DNA from: Anolis carolinensis
Lineage: Eukaryota
NCBI RefSeq assembly: GCF_035594765.1
Contig: NC_085843.1
Coordinates: forward strand, 246,241,971-246,305,970
Length of the DNA stretch: 64,000 nt
Direction of reading: 5' to 3'
Both the position numbers and the translations under genes were made by a program. The notes beneath the pieces were generated by a model. The model was not told the DNA's origin. It saw only the letters and a program-made list of their open reading frames with translations, and did no database searches. Of this stretch, positions 1 to 12,093 are shown one piece after another; the first letter of the stretch is position 1; every line of letters starts with the position of its first letter.

Positions 1-750
1 TGCGAGTGCAGCATTTTTCCGTATGAAGCAGAGAGTGTTCGATGACCGGGACATCCGTAGAGAGACCAAGGTGCTTGTTTATAAAGCCATTGTCCTCCCA
101 ACCCTGCTCTATGCCTGCGAAACGTGGACTGTGTACAGACGTCACACCAAACTCCTGGAGCGTTTCCATCAGCGTTGTCTCAGGAAAATCCTGCAAATCT
201 CTTGGGAAGACAGGCGGACAAATGTCAGCGTGCTTGAGGAAGCAAAGACCACCAGCATTGAAGCGATGCTCTTACGCCATCAACTCCGTTGGACTGGCCA
301 CGTTGTCCGAATGCCCGATCACCGTCTCCCAAAGCAGCTCCTCTACTCTGAACTCAAGAATGGGAAACGGAATGTTGGAGGGCAGGAAAAGAGATTTAAA
401 GATGGGCTCAAAGCCAACCTTAAAAACTGTGGCATAGACACTGAGAACTGGGAAGCCCTGGCCCTTGAGCGCTCTAATTGGAGGTCAGCTGTGACCAGCA
501 GTGCTGCGGAGTTTGAAGAGGCACGAACGGAGGGCTTAAGGGAGAAACGTGCCAAGAGGAAGGAGCGTCAAGCTAACCCCGACCGGGACCGCCTTCCACC
601 TGGAAACCGATGTCCTCACTGCGGGAGAATATGCGGGTCAAGAATCGGTCTCTTCAGTCACCTAAGAACACACGCCCAAGATACCAAGGTTGGAAGACCA
701 TCGTCCTCGAACGTCGAGGGATCGCCTTACCCATACCTACCCTATCTATT
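1..750 (+). mobile_element. RTE-clade (BovB/RTE-1-like) LINE, 3' part, running off the left edge
   Basis: ORF 23-793 has the RTE post-RT region (VYKAIVLPTLLYACETW, LRWTGHVVRM, RLPKQLLYSEL) and a C-terminal C2H2 finger (CPHCGRICGSRIGLFSHLRTH). A short simple-repeat tail lies at about 725-750. Closely similar to the copy at 42053-43067. Confidence 0.9.
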
Positions 751-905
751 CACAACCCCCATGGACAGTTCTTTTTTGCTTCTTTTCTTTTAACATCTGT
801 TAATAACTAAAAGTTAATAAAGATTATTTAATAAAAAAAAAAAAACTGAGGACATCATCTGCCTCCTGCATAATTTTGGATTTAAAGTGGATAGATGCTC
901 TAGTG

Positions 906-1324
906 CAGGCATGGGCAAACTTTTATCCCTTGGGGCCACACTGTGGGCTTGACCGAGACAGCCAGGCTGGGAGGGAGATGGCCTGTGAGAGGGTGGGGTC
1001 GGGAGGGGGCGGGGCAGGGCCCGTGTCATCCCCAGATTGTCCTCCTCGCATAAGGATGGGACTGCTCACCTCATCCTTGTGCCAGGAGTTAAACATGACA
1101 CGTGGCAACTGCCCCGATCCTCCTCTTCTGATCTTTGGGCTGCTCACACTGTCCTTATGCCAGGAGGAGGGCTCTCAGCTGATTCATGCCTTCCTCTCCT
1201 TTCTGCAAAAGGATGCAGCGGGCCACCATGTCCTTATGCTGAGATACAGGGAAAATGAGGAGGGCCTGAGTTAAGCACCCAGTGGGCCACATCTGGCCCC
1301 CGGGCCTTAGTTTACCCATGCCTG
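906..1324 (+). mobile_element. Non-autonomous hAT (Charlie-like) DNA transposon
   Basis: TIRs CAGGCATGGGCAAACT / AGTTTACCCATGCCTG; 8-bp TSD ctctagtg / ctctagtt with one mismatch. Confidence 0.85.
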
Positions 1325-1546
1325 CTCTAGTTTGATGAAGTTCTTTGGCATGATCTTCCCTGATACAGTGGTTATTGCTGAATTGGGACATCCAGCTTCA
1401 AAGGTTCGACTTATTAGCTTTCAGAAGCCTTTACCTTGATTTTATAATTTGTTTTCCAAAATCTGCTTTTAAGATTTACATTTGATAAGGGGCTTATCAG
1501 GTAGGCATTTGTCAATTCACTTAGCTATTACTCGTTTAATCTTTAT

Positions 1547-1627
1547 ACAGGGTGTTTGAAAAAAGAACTACCTAGTTTTAATGTGTTTTAACTTAAAACT
1601 AGGGAGTTCTTTTTCAAACATCAGGTA
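1547..1627. mobile_element. Tiny palindromic mariner-type MITE
   Basis: Inverted arms tgtttgaaaaaagaactacctagttttaa / ttaaaactagggagttctttttcaaaca, flanked by TA. Confidence 0.55.
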
Positions 1628-2282
1628 TAGTGGTGCATAGTTGCAGCCTTCTAGTGCATCTCATACTTTTCACAGCTGTGTATGTAACAAAGACTGTCTA
1701 CACAAGGGTTGATCACTACATCCTCCCAGCTATTTGGAAAGCCAAAGTCCTTACCCTTAGTTATCTGATGGGATCTGAAGTCCAAGAACATTAGAAGGTA
1801 CATCACTGCTCACTTGAGAAATACACAAAGTCAGTTTCAATTTTCTGTTCATATGAGTGGTAATGGGTGACCAGTACTGCAGCAGCAGGATGTTCCCACC
1901 TACACACACTAATTAAAATATATAGAGGATATGTAAAAAGGAGAACACAGAAAACCTTTTCCCCAATTAGAGTTCCCAGTCCACCTGAAGAGAACCACTG
2001 CATGTATGTTCAGTGGGTGGGATGGGGTGGGCTCCCCTATAGAGCCTGCCACTGTAATATCATCCTACACACCATGTGTTCCTGTGCAAGTCTTTTATAG
2101 CTGAATGCTCCACTTATAGCTGCATCTCTTGCTGAACGACGTTTTACTAACCTTTGATTATCACTTGTACTCACCAAAAATAGGAATGTCCAATTTTCCC
2201 ACTCATACATGGATGTTAAACAACTGATGGTACCAGATTTGTCACTTAAACAAGGAGCACAGTACTTACAGCAAGAACAAAC

Positions 2283-2392
2283 CTGTGAGTGATGAAGGGA
2301 ATGATGGCCCAGCAGCTTTTTCTATGGGCCGATTGTTTTCCCCAGGCAGTTTCCTGATATGGTGTGATTTAAGCAGTTCTTTGTAATGGTGC
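2283..2392 (-). CDS. NMNAT3: NMNAT3 coding exon 3 (isoform-specific linker region)
   Basis: Acceptor ttttaacacAG, donor CAG|GTTTGT. The 110 nt read (R)HHYKELLKSHHIRKLPGENNRPIEKAAGPSFPSSLT. Phase-2 entry matches the upstream exon, and it corresponds to the RHHHSKLL... segment of mammalian NMNAT3. Confidence 0.85.
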
Positions 2393-3715
2393 CTGTGTTA
2401 AAATAAAGAGCCCTGTGTAAGGTAATCCTCTCAGAGATACAGAAAGCGATTATCTTGCACTTTCAGTTTCTAAAACTCAATCGGCTTTTGTGTACTTCAG
2501 GGCTTAATTAGATGGCTGGAGAATTTGCCATATTAATTCAGTTCACTGAAAGATTTGTGGCAATAGTAGCTCACACACTTGCCCAATTTGAACATCTTCG
2601 ATTGAGCATTATTTCCTTTTTATGCTACTGTTACTTCTCTAGGAAAATCTAGGAGATTTGTATCTTTTGCTGGATCTCTGCTTCAGAAAATACAATAAAA
2701 TGTAATAAACATTTCATTAAAATTCATTACAATTAAAACCAGTATCAAAAAGTGAGAGGAGAAAACAAAAAGAGCCATTTGCTATTATTCAAAAGACTAC
2801 TTTAAGCATATTCAACAGAGCTGAACTTTTTTTCTTTTTTGAGAGAAAGACATCCAGATTACTTTTGAAAGTCATCAACTTTCAAAGAGGGACCGAATGC
2901 TATTTGTGAGTGCTGTTCAAAAAAAGTGCTAACCCAAAACTCCCCTTAATATGTGGAGCAGACACGCAAATCTTCATTTTTTTCATTCCCATGTTCAAGA
3001 ACAATTTCAGCTATCTTCTTCCCATTTTTATCATATTTTATGTGAAATGTCAAGCATTATTTGCATTTTAGGACTTAAAAACTCATTTCCACAAATATAA
3101 ATATGGTTTGCCTGAGCTAGGAAATGTATTTTTTATGCAGAACATATGCATTTCTTGCAAAAGGCATGGATCCTAATGCAAATATGTTGGTTTCCCGTCC
3201 CCTGCACAGGAGTCCATAGATTTATTCAACCTGTGTAAATATTAGATACACTATGTGAAAATTAGATAATGATCATGACACAGCAGAATTATATGTAGTT
3301 TTACTGCACATGAATTAATGTATTTTGTAAAATATATATTTTAGAAGAAAACTCATGTGCATTTTTGCATAAACGACTTTTTCTCATCAAGATCCCCAAG
3401 GGCAAAGATTCTCAGGCTGGTTTTCTTTTCTATAGCAGGATATTTCAATTGTTGGCACCCCTTCTTTTTTCTGAGTATTCTTCACATCTACATACATGTT
3501 TGGATCCAAGCAAGATCCTATTGAACAATTCAATACATGAAAGTCTGTGGAATCCCTTCTCTTGTTCCTGCTGAAGTAAAAGAGAGGCAAAATAGATGCA
3601 CAATGGTCAGAAGTAACTGCAGAATTACCTAAATTTTAGACACCAGTGACAAAGCCTGGTTAAGATGTTTTTAGAGAGCTCAAGGAATCCCTCAGTTCTG
3701 ACCTACTGTATATAT

Positions 3716-4163
3716 CAGGCATGGGGAAACTAAGGCCCGGGGGCTGGATCCGGCCCCCTGGGCGCTTACCTCAGACCCTCATTTTCCCTGTCTTCTCAGC
3801 ATAAGGACACGATAGCCCGCTGCATCCTTATGCAGAAAAGACAAGGGAGAAAGGCACGCAGCAACTGAGAGCCCCCAGAACACTCTTAGCCACTGCATGT
3901 CTTGCTCTCCTCCCAGCATAATGCCAAGAGGACAGCTCAAAGATTGGGGGTGGAGGATCGGGTAGAAGGATCGGGGCTGTTGCCGCATGTCTCATTTTCC
4001 TGTCAGCATAAGGCGAGCAGTCCCATGCTTATGCCAGGACAACCTTAGGATGACCCAGGCCCTGCCCCACCCCCGTCCTCTCACAGGCCCTCTCCTTCCC
4101 CGCCTGTCCCTCTTGGTCGGGACCACAATGCAGCCCCAAAACAAAAAAGTTTGCCCATGTCTG
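3716..4163 (-). mobile_element. Non-autonomous hAT element, same family as 906-1324 but inverted, nested in a Tc1/mariner-type element (about 3705-4562)
   Basis: TIRs CAGGCATGGGGAAACT / AGTTTGCCCATGTCTG; 8-bp TSD gtatatat / gtatatac. The interior resembles the reverse complement of 906-1324. Confidence 0.8.
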
Positions 4164-7100
4164 GTATATACTCATGTAAAGTGGCTCTCATGTCTACATC
4201 GAGGGCAGGTTTTGAGGCCAAAATTATGGATTTTGATATGCCCCGTGGATAAGTCGAGGTCGTTCCATAAAAAGGATCATTGCCAACTCATGGGAGCAGC
4301 CGCTTTTGGCCACCAGTGCTGTTTATCCATCTGGACATTCAAAAGGCCTGAAGCATCACCACAACAAGAGCATAGAGAGAGTTGGTACTTCTTTTAAGTT
4401 TCCCTGGGATAGACTAAGCTCCCTCCTTTCATCACTCAACTCAGTGAAAGGGATAGTTTCTTTTTTGATAAGAGTTAAGGTACTAACACTGACCTATGGG
4501 GAAGTCGACCAAGTTTTTTGGGATTTATATGTTGACGAAAATTTCTAGACTTATATAGGGTATTTCTTTAGAAGAAAGGTCCCTGGTGAAGTTGTTCTCC
4601 TCAAGCCAACCTGGGGGGAAAGCGGTGGAAATCTAGTATGTATACATGCTTCAGTTCAAAATGTATTGCATGGCTAAGCCCCTACATTGTAAGCATAAAC
4701 TAGTGTCCTAATTCTTCTCTACTTACTCTACCATTCAGGATGGTTGGCAGGTGGGGTGTTGGTGAAGGGAATAAGCAATGCAACTTTAAACTGAATCCAC
4801 TACTCTGGGGAGTTTCACATGATCATAGTTGTCAAGATCAGTAAGCAATTGCATTGCTGCTTCCTTTTAAATAAGCAGCAAGGAATGAGGATGATTCATT
4901 TAGGTGACTACAGAGGATGAGAGCAAGTGAGAGTCACGTCCTTCTTAATGGGTTCAGGCTTACAGCACATTAATAATGAAAACATGGTGGTTGCTTAAAA
5001 CGTTTTATGACAGAAAGGATTCCTTTCCCCACATAGGTCTCTATTTTAGGAAGTGCCAATCCATCTCCCCATCCTATATTCACTTAACTGAATGTAATAC
5101 CTCTTGAACTCTATAGGCTTATTTGTCAACACAAATGTAGTGTTAGCTAGCAACACAAATGTTAGCACTTCCCAAGCTATCACTGAAATGTATGTAGTTA
5201 ATGTCAGAGTCAATTCAAACTGAGATTCAAAGTGAACCAAAGACTAAACAAAAAAAGTACCAAGCTATATGCCATTTGTATGTTTATTTCAAAAAAATTC
5301 TTCCCTTGTTTTGATTATATTTTAGTCATATACGAGACTTGCAAATAGGAGTCACTGGTAAATCAGTTTGGCAGTACTGCAACAAGAACATCCAAACACT
5401 GTAGAAAATAAATATACCCAAAGGATCTTTTGTTGCAAAGAAGGGCAAGGCACCCACCAGCTGGTCAAAACAAAATATACATAACTTCCCTCTCCCACTT
5501 GCTATTTCCCAACACATTTTGCAAAAAAAGCGCCTTATTTAGAGGTTTTCCAGAGACAGGGTCACTAGTCATTTCTCATAGTTACAGAAATCCTAGAGGA
5601 TTAAGAAAAGCAGATTGTAACAACTGCACAGCAGAATCTGCTAAGCATTATTTGAATATCAGTTTTACAGGCCAGACAGAATGTATGTGTAAGCTGTCAG
5701 ACTGGGCACTGCAAAGCAAACAGGAAGATATACTCTTAGAGCTACAACAAGTAAGCATTTTGCTCTTGTGCTTTTTTTCTTCTGATTCCCAGAATTAACA
5801 GTTATTTTTGCTTGTCAGGAGTGTGGAATAGCATCAAGAGAGAAAGCCAAACAGAATCTAAATAAAGCAAGATGTTGTGTCACAAACAGAATGCCATCAG
5901 TGACAGAACTGAGTAGTTGTCAACATGGAATCTGGAGGGAGACCAGGGCTGTGCAATGCCTTCCAAAACAAATGTGCATGGGCTGAAGGGATGAGCTAGA
6001 TCTACCAGCTCTTGGATAGATAAAAAAGTGAAAGAGCTGTGAGCTTGCAAACTGTGCTGATGTCAAAAATGTAGTTTATCTTACACATACATATATGCAT
6101 GTGTCTGCCCAGAGAGAAAGATTTATTTTTACAGAGGTTTGTCCAACAGGCAGAAGAAGCTAGTCAAGAACTGATAAGAATTTCCGAAATAGTAATATGA
6201 ATGACACATGAAGGATGTCATCTAAGAATTTCCTTTGACAACGCTTTCAGCTAAACAAGGTGGGATGCATGTATTGTCTCATGCAGTGCTAATCAAATTA
6301 TTTGATACATATATCAGGACAAATGCGTACCTACATGCGGCATGACATTTTTTGCTCTTGTTCTCCTCCCCTACCCCCATCCCAGTGTTGGATTGCCCAT
6401 GCTACCTGGAAGACTGCAGAAGTTGTAAACAGCAACCAAAATGTCTCAATCCTATTGGCCTTGGAGTCATGAGTAGATTTCAAATGGCCTTTACTATCAT
6501 GTGCAATATTTTTCTACTCAAAACTAGATTGTGTTAGGAAAGAATTTGAACTTCATTGGTAAATATGTTAGGCAGACTGGCAAGGAGACCCTTGAAATAT
6601 CCCAGACCATAAAAATACCAAAATGCTGCAAGGAAGGGCAAGGCACTCACCAACTAGCCAAAACTAAACCTGCATAATCTAGCACAGTAACAAGCACAGA
6701 CCAGGGCCAATGTATTAATGTATTGCTGTTTGCATAGCAATGGAGCCAGATGACTCAAGCAAGCAAATCTCCCCAACAAGTACATAGGGCACTGGGAGGA
6801 AAGAGGAAAAACAATAGCACAAGATCATTTGTTGTCTTAACTTGCAGGAAAAGCTCTCCTTACTTGCCTTGTGTGTGTATGACACACACACTTACATCTA
6901 ATCTACATAGTTGTTTCATGAAATTTACAATGAGGAATATATTTGACACACACAGATGATACTACCTTCTCTTTGATCAAACAAGCTTTGACGCAAACTT
7001 CTAGTTTGCGGCCTGCCATGTTGTAGCAATGTGAAATGCATTTAGACATTCATTCTAAGATATTCTTGTTAACAATGACAATGCCAAGAAAAATGTCCTT

Positions 7101-8044
7101 AGATGAAACAAAAAAAGTGAAGACAAGATTTCTTAAGGACTTTAGACTGTTCAAGCTGCAGCCCTATAAAGTGCAGGGAGAATGGCATGAAGAATAGAAA
7201 ATAAATCTTATCATAGGAAAGTATAACGAGTCTTTCAGGAAGGAGGTGGAAGAAATGGAAGAGCAGAACAGACTTCTGCAAAGGTGGCTGAAGGACAGAG
7301 GCATGTTGAGAAGGGTCAAGGCTATGAATGGACAATAAGACAGGCAAGTATTGGATTCCGGACTTATCAACACAATCAATATGCTGCTGTATGCTAACCA
7401 ATCATTCCTGCTTGTAGCAGGAGCAGTTAAGCAAACCATAGATCTTTGGTAGGTGCTTTATCTACTGTGATATGTAAGCACAATAGGAAGGTGGTTCTTT
7501 GGACTATTTATCTAACAACAACCCAGAGAATTAATCCAGAATTTGTTAATACTGTACTTATTCTCTGGCTTGCTAAGGAAGAGATGAGACAAAGTCACTA
7601 TACTGTTTCATCCACACATCACAATACACTGCAGTGCTGAACTCTGGGAGACTTAGGGGCCATTTTTGCCCTCCCCTAAATCCCTATAGGCCACAAGAAC
7701 TATTCCCTATTGTAAAAGCTTAGGGGCATAATCACAAGGTACTGTTAGAAGCCTCTGGATGAACTCAATTGCTTATTTGAAGGCTACTGTAAGCAGGAGC
7801 AACATAATACATTGGCATATCCACCACAAGTGTAAGCTGTCTCAAATTCCTGTTTGTCATGACTCTGAAAGTGGCCGCCATTAATACAATACTTCAGACA
7901 AAATAATGGGTGACTGTAGCTTACTTGACACATTATTCGTATGTAAGGTATCCATGCACACAAAAGGTTAATAGGCTCATAGTTACTTGCACTGTTGGTT
8001 CACGCTACCTTTGCATATTCAATATAAAAACAGTATCAGCATTA

Positions 8045-8230
<186 letters not shown>

Positions 8231-9284
8231 TTAGTAAGGAAAGAGAACAATAAATAAAATCCACTGTTTTTAATCTGTTTTTGTAATAGTGATAAAGGAA
8301 AAACTGAAAACTGTGTAAACGGTAAAACCCATTGTTCCTTCTCCTCTGTGATTAAACTGTTGGAAGTTCTATTATTGAAGCCTTAACTCTATTAGACAGT
8401 AGTAAAAGGAAGAGTGGATAAGCATAAAATCTTCTGCAAATAGAAACATTTTTCATCTATAATGCATAGGATTAGACAGACGGAAGATAAGGTTAATGAA
8501 TTTTTAGTTCAAGTAACTGTACCAGAACAGCTTCAAGATAGCTCAGTTGATGAATGTTTTAATTGACCAATGTTTATTTCTTCGTATCCAATGCATACTG
8601 GTTAACAAGATTATCATGCCTTATCCTTATTCTAAAGTGCCAATATTATGTTTCTGCAAATGCTTCCTGCAATTCTCTTTAACAATACAAAACAAAACAC
8701 ATTACTACAAAAAGGGGAATAAATTGTTAATAAAAGGTTATTTAGCCCAAAACAAGAATGTTACACCAAAACATATTTATATGAACTTTTTACTAACAGG
8801 TCTTCTTCCATATGATTGAACATGTTAATTAAAATGTGAAAATAATATCTTATTTTTCAGTACTGTAATAAATGTAATGAAATCATTGAAACAGTAAGCT
8901 TTTCGAGCCAGGTCCTCAACACCACAGTTCAAGTTAGGAAAAGTCAATATCATATTTTCTTAGAAGTCATAAAATTCACGAATGTATAAACAGCAAAGGA
9001 GTACTGCAGGAAGACAAGCTTTCATCTATATGTTTGCGAAAGCTGCATGCCAAATGAAAATGTCTAGCTACATAAAGAACCTCAAATGTTTTCATGGATT
9101 AGTGTTGGCAATGATGTCAACCTAAAACCATTCAAAGTTGCAGTTGTTTATCATGAACATGTATGAAATGGCCTTAAATCACTCAATATTATCTACTGAA
9201 CGGCAACAGCTCTGCGAAATCTTTTCCAGCCTTGCTTTAACAAAGATTCAGAAGTCAACTTAGGATCTTACGAACACAACACCA

Positions 9285-9320
<36 letters not shown>

Positions 9321-11370
9321 TTAATTACTTATTAATCGCCCTCCATCCACGATGCTCTAGGCGATTTACAAGATAAAATTGTAAAAGATAAAAATACATA
9401 CATACAAATATTAATAAAATTAACATAGATTAAAAGCTCTAGTAAAGAGCCAGGTCTTGAGTGCTAGGGTAAAAGGCCCTAACTCATGCATGGCTCTCAT
9501 GTAGGGTGGCAAGGCATTCCATAAGGCAGGGGCAGAAATAGAAAAAGCTCTGCGCCTGGTCCTTTCCAGGTGCACTTCTCTAGGACCCGGTACATAAAGT
9601 AAGTCTCGTTGTGTGATGACTCATGGGCCTTGTAGTCCTGTTCCTAGTACTATTGTGGCAGACAAAGAGGAAAACATGGGATTTTCGCCGGTTCAGCCAG
9701 AGCCGGAGCCTCTCCACCTGGAGGATGTTGACGTTTGCCCTCAAGAATTCAGCCAAACAGGCCTTGGGCAGAACTCCCCCCCGTTTTCCCGGAGGGACAA
9801 TTATACGAAAGATAGAGGAGTCAGGGAGGCTAATCGCAGAAGCCTGAGAATCGCTGCCAAACAAATGGCTGATTAGGTCTGCTTCCCTTGGGAAATTCTA
9901 AGGAGTCATGCATCTGGACAGAGTTGGGTTTCGCTTCTCGTTCTCTAGGGAAAGAGTTCTGTTGGCGGGAAAACGAGACCCAATATAGGTGTTTGTTGCA
10001 AGGGAAACTTTGCGGAGTCAATTGATCAGCTTGAGCAGAGAGATCGTGTGTGGACTTCGTAATCCCTGTTCCCTGCTTCCCGGATCAAGTTTCAAGTCTT
10101 GTCTTGTCTCACGGTTTACCACGGACTTTGTTTCATGCTTCTAGTTTGCCTCGTTTTAAGTCTTGGATCAAGTCAAGTATCAAGTTTATTTCCAGCCTTG
10201 TTGTCAAGCTTCATTGGACTATAAAGACTTTGTTATTTCCCCACACTATTGCTTGGCAAGGTGTGTGTTTCGGTCAAGTGGATTACAACTTTGAACTCTA
10301 ATATCTTATATTGGACAATACATTTCTGGACTATATTTGGCCTTATCTGAAAGGTCTGCTTCTGAACTATATTCTTCACTTGTTTTTATTGATTTTATAT
10401 ATTTCTTTAATAAAGATATTAGATAGAGACTGGCCTCTGTGTAAGGTTATTGGTGCTCTGCAGCCTGGGTCCTGACACATTGGGATGGTCGTTGCGACCT
10501 CCGATGATGGGAGAAGGAGAGACGGTCCCTAAGGTACGATGGGCCCTGGCCGTAAAGAGTTTTAAAGGTCAGAACTAGCATCTTATATAGACCACGGTAA
10601 TCAGTTGGAAGCCAATGCAGATGCTGCAGCACTGGTGTTATGTGGCATTTCATGGGTGTTCTTGTGAGTAGCCTGGCTGCCGCATTCTGAACAATACGGA
10701 GCTTTCGGGTCGTGGACATCAGAAGGCCAACATACAGGGCAATAGTTGCAATAGTCCAGCCTAGACGTGACCATGTCATGGATGAGTGTTGCCAGTGCCT
10801 CATCAGATAGATAGGGTACCAGTGCCTCGCTTGTCGTAGGTGGAAAAAGGCCTGTTTGCTGGCAGCAGCGACTTGAGCTTCCATTGTCAGCTGCAAATCT
10901 AAAACGACACCCAGGCTCTTAACAGTAGGCGAAGGAGATAGGGCAGCACCATCGAAGGTGGGTAGCAAATGGGTCAGACCAGTCGAGCGGCCATGCCAGA
11001 GAATCTCGGTCTTCGCCGGGTTCACCTTCAGTCTACTAGCACGTAGCCGGTTCGACAGAGCCGCCAGACATAAGGTGAAATTGTCTGGTATTGACGTTGC
11101 TCCAGGCTCCAAGCGCAGAAAGAGTTGGGTGTCGTCCGCATATTGATAGCAGTCTAGGCCGAAACTCCGAACCAAACTAGCAAGGGGTCTAACGTAGATG
11201 TTGAAGAGAAGAGGGGAGAGAATTGCACCTTGGGGAACCCCACATAGGAGGGAAGATCTGTCAGAGACTTGATCCATATACTCCACGCATTGGCTCCGGT
11301 TTCGCAGAAATGAGTTGTACCAATTGAGGGCCTGACCGTGAACTCCGGACATGGCGAGACGGTGAATCAT
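9285..11370 (-). mobile_element. 5'-truncated L2-clade LINE interrupted by a solo LTR
   Basis: RT motifs GVPQGAILSPLLFNIY and YQYADDTQL, plus the L2 C-terminal VQNAAARLL...HITPVLQHLHWLP (ORF 10447-11370). The 3' UTR and a (CAT)n tail lie at about 9285-9611. Confidence 0.9.
9612..10477 (+). mobile_element. Solo LTR (Gypsy-type), 866 bp
   Basis: TG...CA ends (TGTGATGAC...CCTGACA); 5-bp TSD cgttg / cattg (a CpG-decay mismatch); AATAAA near the 3' end; homologous to 18916-19795. Confidence 0.9.
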
Positions 11371-11749
11371 GCATTCTACCTCTCAGTCTACAATACTGGG
11401 TACACAATATACAGCTATCAAGAATTCCCTCAGAATTCTACTAATAAATATACTTACTCAAGTAATGTATTGATATAATTTCTTCCAAAAAGGGCAAGGC
11501 AATTTCCAATTTCAAAACACAATAAACAACAAAGTATTACAGCTGTCTTGTTTTTGCATTATTTATTTACCATCAATTTAAGTTCTAGCTTTTTAAAGTT
11601 ATTTGTACATTTAAACCACCTTGGATGGTCCAAATGTTTCAAATAAATGTGTTTCATTACAAGTAAGGAATCACCTGTCTTTCCAGCAATAGTTCCAATA
11701 GTTCTGAATCTTGTACTGATAAAAATACTATCTTTCCATCCACTATAAA

Positions 11750-12093
11750 TACAGTTTGCGTACCTCCTTATCTGAAACACTTGGGACTAGAAGTGCTTTG
11801 TATTTCAGATTTTTTATTTTTGGATTTTGAAATATCCAGAACATTTGCACTTATATCTTGGAAATGGGACCCAAGCCTAAACCCGACATTTATTTATGTT
11901 ACATATTAACCTAATACACATAACAACAGCAGCAGCAGCCTGGAGATAGTTTTATACAATAATTTAAATAATTGTGTGTATGACCCAAGGTGTGTGTACC
12001 CCGAAAGCAAAGGTGTCATTATCAGCCACCCAAGTGGACAGCTTTGGATTTTGGAGTATTTTGTAATTCCGGATAATAGGTACTCAACCTGTA
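11750..12093. mobile_element. Old non-autonomous Tc1/Tigger-like element
   Basis: Degenerate TIRs cagtttgcgtacctccttatctgaa / ccggataataggtactcaacctg flanked by TA; a related copy lies at about 39700-40325. Confidence 0.55.

Noticed and set aside
9623-9847. Alternative-frame ORF in the solo LTRs with a hydrophobic, signal-like start (MGLVVLFLVLLW)
   Set aside because: The second copy changes it to MGHVVPFPVLLW; substitutions are synonymous in the 9613 frame and disruptive in this one.
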